The notes: a model not told the origin generated them from the letters alone. Numbered from the whole stretch's first letter, positions 12,219 to 25,262 are shown. The stretch: 63,439 bases of DNA, filler included, from Choristocarpus tenellus KU-1152 (GCA_964200185.2; 8 parts of 8 records of this genome joined end to end with filler, not necessarily neighbours in it), one strand, 5' to 3'. Made by a program: numbers and translations.

Positions 12219-13423
12219 GTAGACTGGTCTCATCCTAGAGGCGACTGCCAACACTATACTCACTAAATAGAAACTTATTGTGGACTGGTGTTATATAAGT
12301 TCCAGAGATACATGTCTCCTGATATTGTCGTTGTACGTACACCATGTTCTTCATGACTTTGAACCAAGAAATTCTAAGATGATTATTGATCAGATGTATT
12401 ACAAATAATATCAAATTTGCACATAGACCTTAATCTTCAATATTTTGCACGCATTTTTCATTTTTCGCTTGGAATGGTTGAACGAATTCGAGAGTTGGAC
12501 TAGAGTCAAACCAATTGAGAGGTAGGCAGGTTTGGACCATTTTGTATTCCAAGTTATCTTTCTTAACCTGTGCAGTACACTCTGTCTCATTGCTTTAAGG
12601 TGTACAATAGGGCACAAAATTAATATTCCTCCTTTCCACACACAAAGGTGGCACCACACTTCAGCAAAGAAAGATTCTTTCTGGAATTGTACAAAATGGC
12701 CTCTTTTTCCCATTTCTTGGGATCCTTATAATGAAACCCTGCCTACCTCACAGTTGGTTTGACTCTGTATTTACATTATTAGCCCTTGTCACATAATTTT
12801 GGTTTGGCTTTTTCCTTGACTTATCTCCAAAATGTCGAAGGGCATAATAGTAATACTTCACTGTCAGTGATGTATCTCTTATAAATAGCTGTATGCTTTT
12901 TTTTGTATTGTATATATCTCCACTATAATGTATCTTGAGGTGTCCAAGGAAATCTCCGACTTGTCCTCAAGATCGATCTGCGGGCGGCCAATTTTCGGCT
13001 AAGTACATGGCCTAGTATTATTTTTAAAGTTCCATCCTCAATTTTTGAAATCGGCTGTTTTATGTAGCGTTTATTTCCCATTTGCGAGGTGCATTTTGTG
13101 TTGGTGGTTGTCATATTGGGGGTGGATATTGTAGATTTATATTTGGGAGGGGGTAGATTTGGCAGTTAGGTCAGTGGCGAGTGGTTTTGAGGGGGAGGAG
13201 GGTGATAGGCAGAAGGATGGGAGACGGGTATAAACCTAGTTGATGAGGGTAGGGGGGGGGAAGAAGAGGACAGGAGGAGGGAAAGGAGGGGTCGTGTGAC
13301 TGGTGAAACGTTAGGTGTGGGTATACACTGCCAACATTCCAAGGATTGTTGTAATGATGTAAGTGGAAGATTGGTATTTTAGTTAGTATTGCTTTGGAAT
13401 AATGTTGATGCTATGTTTCCTGT

Positions 13424-13470
13424 GGCTCAAAGTATCTGGGGGGGGGGGGGGGGGGGGGGTTGACACCGGG
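13424..13470. mobile_element. MITE family A end at a contig break
   Basis: GGCTCAAAGTATCT followed by poly-G. Confidence 0.75.
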
Positions 13471-13570
13471 NNNNNNNNNNNNNNNNNNNNNNNNNNNNNN
13501 NNNNNNNNNNNNNNTTAATTAATTAANNNNNNNNNNNNNNNNNNNNNNNNNNNNNNNNNNNNNNNNNNNN
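13471..13570. other. Artificial contig linker
   Basis: N44-TTAATTAATTAA-N44. Confidence 0.98.
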
Positions 13571-14726
13571 CCTGATTTTCGGACTGCTTTCTTTGCTTTC
13601 ACCTACCACTCATTTCTATTAACCATCTCGTCCCTTCCTTACCTATTCCTTCTCTTCCTACTTCTTTCTTTTCCTTTTTCCTCACATTCTTATCCTGTGC
13701 AACAAGAATTCTTCCGCCCACAAAACTCAGTTTACTTCATAAACTCTTCCTTCAATAGTCTAGTGTATAATATATACGTTTTTTTCTCGGTTTCCTGTCT
13801 TTATACGTACGAAACATTCTGATGTGCATTTGATGAGCTTAAAAGTATGTTTGTAATCATTGCACTTTCATTCATATATACCAGCAACTAGATCATGGGT
13901 GGAAGATGAATGAGGTATATTAGACACTGCTTCCAATTTTGAGAACACAATATTCAAGAGAGCGAGGGCTTCTGTGCTGGTAGGGTGCTGATCCAGCGTT
14001 TGGAAGTGTCTCAGCATGAAAGACATCACCAATGCGAAACTTCCAGTCCACTACGAATGGGCTCCAATCTTCCATATTGCAAGGGATATTCATTCGAATA
14101 TGCAGTTGACATAGAACCCTAACCATGAAATGTTGCTGTCATATGTGTCTGGACAATGGAGAATTTCAACTTGTAACCTCCTTCGAAGCACATATAATAT
14201 TACATAAGAGAAGCGGAATGCAAACAGAAAGGAAACTTAACTTTTTTTGCGTCATATCTTTATGGTTCTGTGTCACTTCTAGAAGTCCTTAGAAAATAAG
14301 AACCGCAGAAATCACTGACATCAGCAACATCCCATTTCGAATACGAGAAGTACTCTTCACACGAAGTTTTGCAAGACCATGTTTCATCCATCACCTCTTC
14401 TTTGTCACAACCAAGTACTGCCCCACACACCACAACCGGACCCTTAATAGCTTCGTTGAGACAATGAAGTATTTTACGGTAGGAAGTGTTCTTGGGTGTT
14501 TACGCATAGTCTCGGGGGTTGAAGTCCCCGACATGTTGGAAATGCATAACGAGAAAAGGTGATTCGTTTGGGAAGTGTTGTCACACGCGATACAAGGTTT
14601 TATCGTATTGTTCAGAATTGTGTAAGTGTTACACTCTCTCTAAACTTTTCTTGTAGCCACGATATCTATGTTATTTTAGAAACGTTTCATTAGTTCAGTC
14701 TTTGGTTTGTCCACTGTCTTGTACAG

Positions 14727-17176
14727 GTGCCTACATGATGCCAATGATCTTACCCGCGACCAAGCTCTGGTTGATGCGGCTCAGGTATATTCGCTTTCGC
14801 TCGGGTAGGAGACAGTCTCAAGTTAATGCTCTTTCTCCAAACAGTTGAATTCACCCACTAAATATCGCTTTGAACATGCCCGCTTGAGTAGAACTTCTTG
14901 TTGGAGCACCCAATCGTCCAACGTCTTGATCACAGCTCTAATTCTTACATCTTTTTTGCATATGCAACAGGTATGGGCTAATCATCTCGCCACAAACGTC
15001 TGTTCCGGCAAAGTATACGATACCGGTGACTTTGGAGAAAATATCTACCTTTGTACTAGTTCGACTGGAGATAATGCTGATCCTTGTGTTGATGCTCAAT
15101 ACATTATTCCCAACTGGTACGACGAGGTTACAATCTATAACCAGGGCGACGAATTCAGTGAATGGACCAAGCAATTCACTCAGGTATATGTGGCTACATG
15201 TTTGTGTCTTAAAGACTAAGAACAAATACAGTAGCAAAATAAGGAAGTAGCTGGCACGTCGTGACCACCACTATACCTACCTACCTACCTACCTACCTGC
15301 ACTACTTGTCGCATCTGAAATATTAGGTCCAGCAAAACTTGATTTCCATTGCATTTTAACATCTAGTCACACCCCTCAATATACGTGTAGATGGTTTGGA
15401 AAGCAACCACAAGTCTTGGATGTGCAAGATCTCAATACTGCGAGGGTCAAGGGAGTTATAATGGTTACAACGTGATGTTTGCGGTTTGTCGCTACAGCCC
15501 AAAAGGCAACATTGCTGGGCAGTTCAACGACCAAGTTCTTGCCGATCCACAAGCCACTTGCAATGGTGGAGGATCTGGTGACCCTCACATGTCTGGGTTG
15601 AGAGGGCAAAAGTTTGACTTCTCTGGAGTGAGCAACTCTTGGTATGCACTGCTCCATGAGAAAAAGGTTAGCATCAACATGCGCGTTACAGCTCCGGTTC
15701 CTGGCCTCGATCTCATCACTTACATAACGGGGATCGGCATGGTCCTCACTGGTTATGATGGGGAGAATCACACTGTGGTCATTACCGTTGAGCATCCAGA
15801 GGACCTTCAACCCAAGTGCCCGAAAGACCAGGTTCCATGCATTGCGGACGGGGCTCTATCTGTGATCGTTGATGGTGACAAGGCTGGACTAGGGAAGGTG
15901 CGTTTCTTAACTTCTGTCTTCATTGGATTTGTAGTTGTGCTTAGTGTGTCGACTTCAAATCATTTTAAGATACTTCTCAAGTTCTGTTCATTCATGACCA
16001 AGGAATCAATCTAGGTGTAGTTGAAAAGGTATTGAGAGGCAGTACTTGAGGCTGAATACATTCATTGGGCTGGTTAACAAGTGAATATACTAAGTATCCA
16101 AAGGCAGAGGTGTGCATTCTTCCTGCTTTTGATGTCCCACCATGATATTTTATTAGCTCTAATGAACATCTACTGAGTTTCACCGTTGCTATACGTTTTG
16201 TGCTACCTCGCCATAGGTATCTCTTGGTGGTGGTGTTAGCGTCACTGCTGTCAACCTTCCTGGAGAGTGCCGGCCCTTTGGGTTTGAACAGTACTGGCTG
16301 GAGAAAACGAAACTGTCTGAACAAATTGGTGTAGACCAATCTCGACGCCTTGTCTCTGATGTGCCGGTAGAGGATTGGATCTTAAACGAAACCAAACAAA
16401 CAAACCCTGTTGAATGTGAGGAATACGTTCTCAGAGCAGCAGCAGACGGCACCCTATTTGACTTGCAATCTGAGCACACCTCATTCCAGATAACATCACC
16501 TGAGTTGTCCCTACGTATCAACCATGGGAAGATCCACCAAGTGGCAATGCGAGACCCAACTGACAAGTTCGATCTTCCTGATCACATAGCTTATCAGATG
16601 AACATCATTGTTGAGGAGATCAGCCTAGATGACGATCCTCAGGTATGCACTCTGGGGAAGAGAGTTGTTTGATTTAGTAAGGATGGGGTTTCTTAAATAT
16701 TTGGCCCGAATAGAAAATGTGTTGTGGGGGTGAGTTGAAAATGATTTGATTCGCATTTCTCGCATATGCAGTATTGTTGGTTAGTACATGTAGCAAATTT
16801 GACGTGTGATTTCATTGCAATGTACCTCTTGACCACTAGACTTCAATGTCTCGAAATAGTCGGCGTAGAGATCAGATGAAAGGGGGACATGTTTTGCATT
16901 CTAACAAATTCTTTCACTTTAGGGATTTTTCAATAATAATGGTGATTCTTTGTTGCATATGAGCCACATTGAATCTATAAACTTAATGGTACAATTGATA
17001 ATTTGGTGCTGTACTGCAAACGTTGAACTGTGCAGGGTATTTTGGGAGAAACTGTTCATCCAACTGTGAACGAGATGGGAGAGTTTATCATGAGAGGACC
17101 TGGCGCTATTCGTGGGAAGGAAGAAGACTACGTAGTGGCAGACCCTCTTGCAATGGGCTTTATCCTTCACGTGTGA
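14727..17176 (+). CDS. CAP (SCP/PR-1) domain fused to a GDPH-motif VWD-like domain; probably extracellular; 5' exons unresolved
   Basis: Exons 14727-14784, 14971-15183, 15391-15897, 16217-16642 and 17036-17176 in frame. CAP: GENIY..WYDE..FTQMVWK.TT.LGCA..VCRYSP.GN. Second domain: GDPHMSGLRGQKFDFSG..NMRVTAP..RDPTDKFDLPDH..GILGET. Confidence 0.9.
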
Positions 17177-17886
17177 ATGATATAATCGCCAGCAATTGCT
17201 TTGTGCAACAACATGCGTGGTGTGTAAGGAGTGAATTAAGTAGTGAAGAGTTGAGCTCGTATTGATTCGAGTGAGTACTAATAAGTCACATGCCCTAAAA
17301 TTGTTTTCAGTTTTGGAGTTGGAAATAGTCAAGTGAAGGTAATAATTGCTTTTATTCTGGGTTTTATTCAGTGTCAATGTTTGCAGGAGGTATTATTATC
17401 TTTGCATTAGAAATCAAGGGGGTAAGCTCCACTCCTCTATCATCCAACTCAACTGTGAGCAACCAAGAAGGTGGTTAGGTGGAAGAGATTACCTTGACCC
17501 TGGCCTTGTTAACTTCGAAACTGAATTTGACATTTCCTGTGGTGTGATATACCCATATCCATCCATCCACGAACATTGTTGGTGACAAGTTCTGCACCAT
17601 AATTTTGTCACTGATGTCGGTAGTTACTATTTGACATATCTGGAATATTTCTTCATTCCTATCGTTTTAAGAAATATTCTCCAACTACCACTGGAGCTCA
17701 AGTGTTCCGACCTCAAAAGAAGTACATGAGGTCAAAAGCGTGGACTGGACCTCTCACAATGAAGCGTCCCAGCTTTGTTTGACGGAATGCCAAAGAATTT
17801 AGACAACAGTTTATTCAAAGTCTAATTGTTTCCTGTCTGTGGGTTATTTTACATTACTACCACACTAGAGAATGTTCACAGAAGTT

Positions 17887-18146
17887 GAGCCAAAGTATCA
17901 TTAGAGCGTAGAGTCGCGTCCGTTTGGGGGTCAAAATCCAATGATGCTATTTTGATGCAATCTTGGCTATCGTGTTTGTTAGGAAGTGTCAGTACCCTTG
18001 TTCCAGACAGACCTTTTCATAACTTTCACATTTTACCTACTCCGAACCATTTTGGAGTAGGTAAAATGCCATAAAAAGCCCGTGGGAAGCCAAGTCCCAA
18101 AAGGACTATCAGGGCAAAATTCGTACCCTCTAAGATACTTTCACAC
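17887..18146. mobile_element. MITE family B
   Basis: TIRs GAGCCAAAGTATC / GATACTTTCACAC; flanks AGTT/ATTT. Confidence 0.85.
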
Positions 18147-18211
18147 ATTTCAAAAAACAATATTAAAATTAGAATTGTCTTGTATATGCTTCTTTCCCCT
18201 CAGATATCTGA

Positions 18212-18470
18212 GAGCCAAAGTATCTTAGAGGGTAGAGCCGCATCCATTTGGGGGCCCAAATCCAATGGTCCGATTTTGATGTAATTTGGGCCATTGTATT
18301 TGTTCGGAAGTGTCAATATCCATGTTCTGGACAAAACTTTTCATAATGTATACATCTTACCTACTCCGAAACGTTTTGGAGTAGGAAAATGTCATAAAAA
18401 CAACTATGGGAAGTCAAGCCCCAAATGGACAAACAGGGCAAAAATCGTACCCTCGAAGATACTTTCTCTC
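18212..18470. mobile_element. MITE family B
   Basis: GAGCCAAAGTATCTTAGAGGGTA...TACCCTCGAAGATACTTTCTCTC; perfect TSD CTGA. Confidence 0.9.
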
Positions 18471-19526
18471 CTGAGATGTTTATTTGTTTCAGTTCTTGTC
18501 AAGGGACTCAAACAACACCTCTCCACCACAACGCCATCGTCTGGCATGAACATCTTCACGGTCGCCCCCATCACCCTTCCCGAGTAACACCAAATATCGT
18601 CATGGTGCTGTAGAACGCACAGTCGGGTATCCACGTTGTCCTCCATCAGTCTATCCTCCTCCCTGACTTCACAGACATTTGCCATAACAACCTGGACAAT
18701 ACTTTCACCATCCCGCATGGACAATACCAGAGATTCACTTCAGAATCCAACCGGAAATCCCTTGGCAGGATACCTGTCCGCTTCTTAAGGCACCACAGGC
18801 TGGGAGATGCGTCCTATGCCAAGTTCGACCAAGGCACCGCCGTCCTTCTATACGCGAATGAAGGTACTATCGTACGAGGGGAGGTCCGCAACGTTGACAT
18901 AGACAATTTGGGGGCATAATTGTACTCTGTCTCTTACCTATGAGAGCATGGCGAGAACTCCTTGCCCCCAGGGCTGAGGTCCTACATGACGGAGGACGAG
19001 ATTGAGATCGGGGTCGAACAACTACGGGTGAAGGAGAAGAATGACTGAGATGAAGCTGCAGCCAAGCGTGTAATTTATCACCGCCTGCAGATGGTTTGAC
19101 AGGAGAAATGTAGAGACAAGGAGAAGGATATCGAGGGATATATCTTCCCACAACCGTCCTTGAGGGATATGCCAGGTTTGGACGAGGGAGGAGCACTTTA
19201 TGCGAGAGCCAAGAGCAGGGGACTGTATTTTCAATGAGACCGTAAGTGGATGCGAGGGACTGTGACCAGATACCGGCCCCGCCATAGAGTGAGAGTTGGA
19301 AAGAAGTGAGTCAGGTACCACTATGAGGTCATATGGGAGAATGGGGAGGTGCGAAACATCCAGTTTGTTGGTTGAACTCATTAACCTCATCCCCTCTACA
19401 ACATCCTCATACCACACCATTTATATCTTGTGTATGGTACAATATATTCATAGTAACATACGCACTCATCACCCTAGCCTGACACCCCCCCCCTGCCCAT
19501 CAACACACTCCTTTTACTCTTCACGA

Positions 19527-19702
19527 GGCTCAAAGTATCTGGGGGGAGTGGCGGCTGTCCAATTGGGGTCAGTTGTTTCATGTCGCGATTTTTGAGTGGT
19601 CTGGTTCCATACGTTGGTTGGATAATGAAAGTGCACTTTTTCCTGTTTTTTTCAAATGGACACTCTGGTGTAGACCCCCCCCCCCCCCAGATGCTTTGAG
19701 TC
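19527..19702. mobile_element. MITE family A
   Basis: GGCTCAAAGTATCTGGGG...CCCCAGATGCTTTGAGTC; TSD ACGA. Confidence 0.9.
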
Positions 19703-19895
19703 ACGATGATCTATCTGACCAACCCAAACAATAAAAATATGCTGCGGCGAGACAAATGCGCCACACTTGCACAAAAAGGGTAGGGAGGCAAGAAAAGATA
19801 CAGCAACATCTTATCACATCACATCACATTACATCAAAATGAATTTTCAAATGCTTAAGAGAGACTTATGAAGGCACAAGTGTACAGTACTGTAC

Positions 19896-20919
19896 CTTTT
19901 GTTTGTAGAGCACTGCCAAGTTGTTAAGCAATTCTGCAACATCCACGTGCTCCTTACCCAAAACCTTCTCCCTCAAAGAGAGCATCTTCCTCAGAACCAG
20001 CTCCGCCTGTCAGAGGACAGACAGGTTAGACCCAGCATGATCACCACCTCAAAAAAAGACCCAACGCATCACTGATATTGTCACGATTACACACTAGTCT
20101 ATCCTCCTCCTGGTGTACTGGTGATACTAGACTAAATGCACACTTGACGCTGATTTATAGCATATAGTTAAAACTAGCCCTAACCCTAATCTCAATGAGG
20201 TATGCCCCTATACACCTATACAATAAAAGAGAATACACAACTTGAAAGTACGCCACTTAATCATCATACAAAACTCACACTCTACACTACAACTATTGTT
20301 GTACTCGATAAATAATAATAATGATTACAATGAAATACTACAAATGCCAACACTGTTATCTATGTGTTGGTACACTACTAAATTATCACACAAACTTTAC
20401 ACCGTAAACCGATGAACTTCAAAACAAAATTCCATTAAATGACAAAAAAAGTTGCAGCAACACTATTACAATGACATGGGTAATGCCAGTATTCGGGATA
20501 GGGAGGGCAGCACACAACTAAAACTAACTAAAATCATACCACTAACACAAGTTATCTTGACGAAGTATATGTCCCACACACAAAACAGTTGGAGACTCCG
20601 CACTTTCCACCCACAACACTAAAAGAACTACGCTTTCATCATTCCACAACTCTACTATAATCCATTGTAACCATTATACTTAATAAAAAAAATCTTGATA
20701 CAAATAAATTCCACAAAAATAAATCAATATTTTAATACATTTGTCTTCATTTATGACCTATATATTAACTACATCACACGATCAATCCCGTGGTAGTTTT
20801 GCATCTCGCCACATCCAGTTTCTTTGGTGCATAGAGCAGTACTGCAAGCACGGTTCAGCTCCGTCATCATCTCCACGTTATCCTTACCTCCCTGTGCCGC
20901 CTTGTCAATTTCCACCACT
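19896..20919 (-). CDS. Kinesin-light-chain-type TPR exons, possibly a pseudogene
   Basis: Exon 20006-19896 encodes AELVLRKMLSLREKVLGKEHVDVAELLNNLAVLYKQK with AG/GT ends; upstream exon 20919-~20810 is TPR-like only with a 1-nt frameshift near 20852. Confidence 0.7.
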
Positions 20920-21313
20920 CTGAACAAAACAAAGCATTTTTTTTTTCAAAAATATTTAAAAAAGAGAGAACAGAAAGCACATATGTAACAAGTGTATCAC
21001 ACAAAAACATAGCATATTACAATAAAGGACAAAAATAACACACTTTGAAGTGCACACACATCCTAATGTAGAGTAAACAACACATGCATAAATATAAATT
21101 CAAGCTCACAAACTTCAATGTATGTACATAATAAAAACAAAATAAAACGCCTCAACATTCTGTGGATTAGTATCACAAGGAAACCCCAACAATAACTGAA
21201 TATGTTGCACACAAACAAAACAAGAATATGCAAAAAAATACAGTTTGCTTAGACAAAACATGCAATCAAAAAAGACTAAACACTAAACATCTAACACTAC
21301 AAATAAAAAAGAT

Positions 21314-21376
21314 GTACTACTTCTACTACGATTACTGCGATTACTACGACCACCACTACTACCACTACCACTGCCA

Positions 21377-21409
<33 letters not shown>

Positions 21410-21691
21410 CACTACCACTATCAATACTACTACTACAACCACTACTACCACTACTACCACTACTACTACTATCACCACTACCACTACTACTACTATCACC
21501 ACTACCACTACTACTACTACTACCACCACCACTACAACTACTACTACCACCACCACTACAACTACTATTACCACTGCCACTGCCACTACTACTACCACTA
21601 CCACTACCACGACTACTACCACTACCACCACTACTATTACTACCACCACTACCACTACTACTACCACTGCCACTACTATTACTACTACTAT

Positions 21692-21736
<45 letters not shown>

Positions 21737-21750
21737 CGCTACTACTGCTA

Positions 21751-21781
<31 letters not shown>

Positions 21782-21790
21782 CACTACTAT
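21314..21790. repeat. (ACT/ACC)n trinucleotide microsatellite, ~480 bp
   Basis: Directly visible; produces the spurious poly-Thr and poly-Val ORFs. Confidence 0.95.
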
Positions 21791-23383
21791 CGGTGTATCA
21801 TATCTACATATGTCTATCAAAACACTTGAAAAATTCCCTTCAGTTCAGTTTATCCTTCATCACCTCTTGGCCAGGAAAGCAAACATATCACAGTTGCCAG
21901 TGACATCTCGAATTTGATGACAAGTCATCAGAGGTATAGTCACTGACTACATATTGGGAGGTAAATGATTCAATATGGCAACAAACAGTCTAACTCTCAC
22001 GCTATATGCCCAACTCATTAAAACTTCAGTGGATTCTCTTGAAGGTGCACGATGACATTGTACCAAGATTTCCACCGTCCCTACATCTTATTCCCAAGAC
22101 TTAATCAAGAGCACAGCTGCCGTAGAAATAATAGTAATAAAACTGCCAATAAACTGTGAGGGAATAATCGCGCCAGGGCTGCCTTACCCCCCTACAACGC
22201 CCGTACCTTTTTGATTAGTCAGAGTAAAGAGTTAGGGTTTTAAATGAAGATTGCAACAGATCTTCAAACTAGTAAGGGGAGTGGTAGCATTGCTCATTTA
22301 ACTTCTTTCTTTTCTGGTCTTGTTTCGTACACCAAAAAATATAAAAACAGCCTGATAGTATAAAAAACAATACTGAGAAAAAGTAACAAAATAGTTCAAG
22401 GCCTAATTGAATTACCCCTACAAATATCCTTGAGAAACAATGGTATTTCCTTCGTTCAAATTTATGTTAACAACATGACGATAACACTTGATTAAACAAC
22501 GTTTTCCTTACGGTGTAACTCTTCAAAAAAAAAATCGAATCTCACCATCATCGCGAAGGGCTCAACCTGATTGGTCGATCAAAATGTCAAGTTCAAATGT
22601 TTGGTGCCAGGCAAAGGAGGGAACATGCATATATTAATATACATACATATTTGAACACATATATATGTACATAGGGTGGTAAAGAAAAAAAGGAGTAAAC
22701 CAACCAAGAATTCATTGAACATCCCCCAACTTCCCCTCATACGAAAATGAAAATACATTACACCAACAAGAATAAGGTACACAAAAATAAGGTACCAACG
22801 ATTGACAAAATCAACAACCTTACACTGACGGATCAGGGAGAGGGCAGTGATCGCAGAGCTCTACCCAAAGGCCGTCATCCTCTCTCTAGGGCGACTCCAA
22901 GCAAGCTGACGAGATTCTTGATACCAACGCATCAACAACATCAACGCCGTGTAAAAGGTTTAGTGCCCAAAACAAACAACAAATAACGCTGATGTCCCTC
23001 TTCCACAATATATTGCTCTATTTATTAATTGTAACTATTCCTAAACAACATTTAGTTGATATCTGCACAGGTATTGTCCTATCGACCTGTCTCAAGCAAT
23101 CCTCTGCTGGTATACCTGAGTCAGGCCACAACAAAAAGTTGGGTTGACCCTCGCTGATATGAAGGTAAAATGTTCTATATATGGAGTGAGGGGGTAAAAT
23201 TAAACTCAGGGGTTGGTGTTAGTATGGTTTTGGAACAAATAGCCACAATTCATTGTGTGCTACTGAATGTCCCTCAGTGTGGGGGCTGTGCTGTGAAAAA
23301 ATGGTTGGGGTAATGGATTTGCAGTGTTCCATCGTGAGCAAGTTGAAAATAATAGGAGCTTTGTAGCTGTCAAATATTGAGAT

Positions 23384-23642
23384 GAGAGAAAGTATCTTAG
23401 AGGGTACGAGTTTTGCCTTGTTTGTCCATTTGGGGCTTGGCTTCCGATGGGATTTTTTAATGACATGTTCCTACTCCAAAATGTTTCAGAGTAGATAAAA
23501 TGTACACGTTATGAAAAGGTGTGCCCGGAACAAAGATATTGATACTTCCGAACAAAGACGATAGCCAAAATTACATCAAAAAGGCAAAATTGAATTTTGG
23601 CCCCAAATGGACGCGGCTCTACCCTCAAAGGTACTTTGGCTC
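23384..23642. mobile_element. MITE family B, reverse orientation
   Basis: GAGAGAAAGTATCTTAGAGGGTA...TACTTTGGCTC; perfect TSD AGAT. Confidence 0.9.
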
Positions 23643-23826
23643 AGATAACAATGTTCCACTGGGGTAGATAGCCTCGCGAGTGTCTGCCCTGACCAAGCAG
23701 TAGTATGTTAATGCTTGATTATGCGTTCAGTAGATGTAGATAATATTGGTTGATTGCGATGAGTAATATGTCAGTGTGGAAGTCCAACACGAGACATACA
23801 AATCATTGCCTCACCCGGTAGGTCAT

Positions 23827-24221
23827 TGTGCAATATAGACTGATAGTCTATATCGTTTATAGCCGTTTAGTGAACAATACTAGACACCAGGAGTGTTGGC
23901 TAAGTGGAGCAAGTGTAATGGGCTTATGATCGTGTGCGTAAAGTAATGAGGTCGAATCCCAGATGATTGATTTCTTATTGCTTGATATAAATGGACTGAT
24001 GGAGTAGTTCTTACATAGTACTAGCTACACAGGATTAGTGACTTAATATGATGTAACGGCAGGACACGTTTTGGTATGTCAGCTGATGAGTCAGCTGATA
24101 TATGTAATAATCAATAAGATAATAAGAGAGATCACCACAGGGCTGTGCTCACTCCGCTAATAAATATATATCCATACCACACAAAGCAAAAATCTCTACT
24201 TGAGTAGTTCTCTTTTGCATA
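23827..24221 (+). repeat. 5' LTR of Copia-2 (TG...TA)
   Basis: Direct repeat of 25930-26331. Confidence 0.9.
23897..23960 (+). promoter_or_regulatory. tRNA-like Pol III internal promoter (A box and B box) within the LTR
   Basis: A box TGGCTAAGTGG at 23897-23907; B-box-like GGTCGAATCCC at 23950-23960; repeated in the 3' LTR at 26000-26063. Confidence 0.55.
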
Positions 24222-24930
24222 GGTTATGAGCCTCACACGATTCCCCTTCGCAAGGGAATAGGTTATGAGCCTCATTGGTATGTAAGCGGACTCACGTATA
24301 CTGCCACTATGGAGTGGAGCGCGGGGGCATACACGGGAGAAGTGGGCTGAATGGCGGATGGCTTTGGTGAGTTACGCGGGTGGCAAAGGACTGTACCGGA
24401 TACTCCAACCTGCACACTGCATTCCAGCACCTCCCACAGCTGATACATCATTCAAGGATCGCTGCCGCGTATGATGAATACGTCAGGCATCGCGAAGCCT
24501 TGTGGTTCCTGCCGGGACAGGCCACGAGGGGTGCTGCAGCTATGGTGGTCAGCTTGTATGGTCAACATGTACGAGAAGAGGCAGCCCCGACAGGAGGGCA
24601 AGCTGTCTCGAATTAGAGCAGATCTATGGGGGGGGCGCTGTGAATCAGCGGCCCATGCAGCTAATAGCTCCTGAGATGACATTGCACGACATGTACTGCT
24701 CGTCAGTGGAGGTCACTGCAGATTTCGTCATTCGTCTCGATCATATCTGGACAAGAGTATGAGCAGCTGGAGGCAGCAAGATCATGCCAAGAAAGGAGCT
24801 CTGATAGGCATCAGGGACAACATGCAGCAGGTATTTGCGCAGGTGTGTCCGTATGGAGGACGAGATCCCCATGCAGCTCGACAAAGGAAGCACGGAGGAC
24901 GCGAGATCCCCATGCAGCTCACAGGAAGTC

Positions 24931-25262
24931 GCGCGGCCTTGTGTTTGCGGCTGGGACAGGCCACAAAAGGGGGGCCGCAGCGATGGTGATCAGTACTCAT
25001 GAGAGTATCACCAGCACCGATGGAGGGCTGCCTGGCTCAAATAGGAGCAAATTTATGGAGGGCATCGCGAGGCCTTGTGTTTCCTGCTGGGACAGGCCAC
25101 AAAAGGGGGGCCGCAGCGATGGTGATCAGCACTCATGAGAGTAACAGCAGCACCGATGGAGGGCTGCCTGGCTCAAATAGGAGCAAATTTATGGAGGGCA
25201 TCGCGAGGCCTTGTGTTTCCTGCCGGGACAGGCCACAAAAAGACAGCGATGGTGATAAGCAC
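24931..25262 (+). repeat. 136-bp tandem repeat, ~2.4 copies, in Copia-2 gag
   Basis: GCG(A)GGCCTTGTGTTT..GGGACAGGCCACAAAA recurs at 24931, 25067 and 25203. Confidence 0.9.

Noticed and set aside
21228-21917. Poly-Thr (mucin-like) and antisense poly-Val ORFs
   Set aside because: By-products of an (ACT/ACC)n microsatellite in AT-rich non-coding DNA
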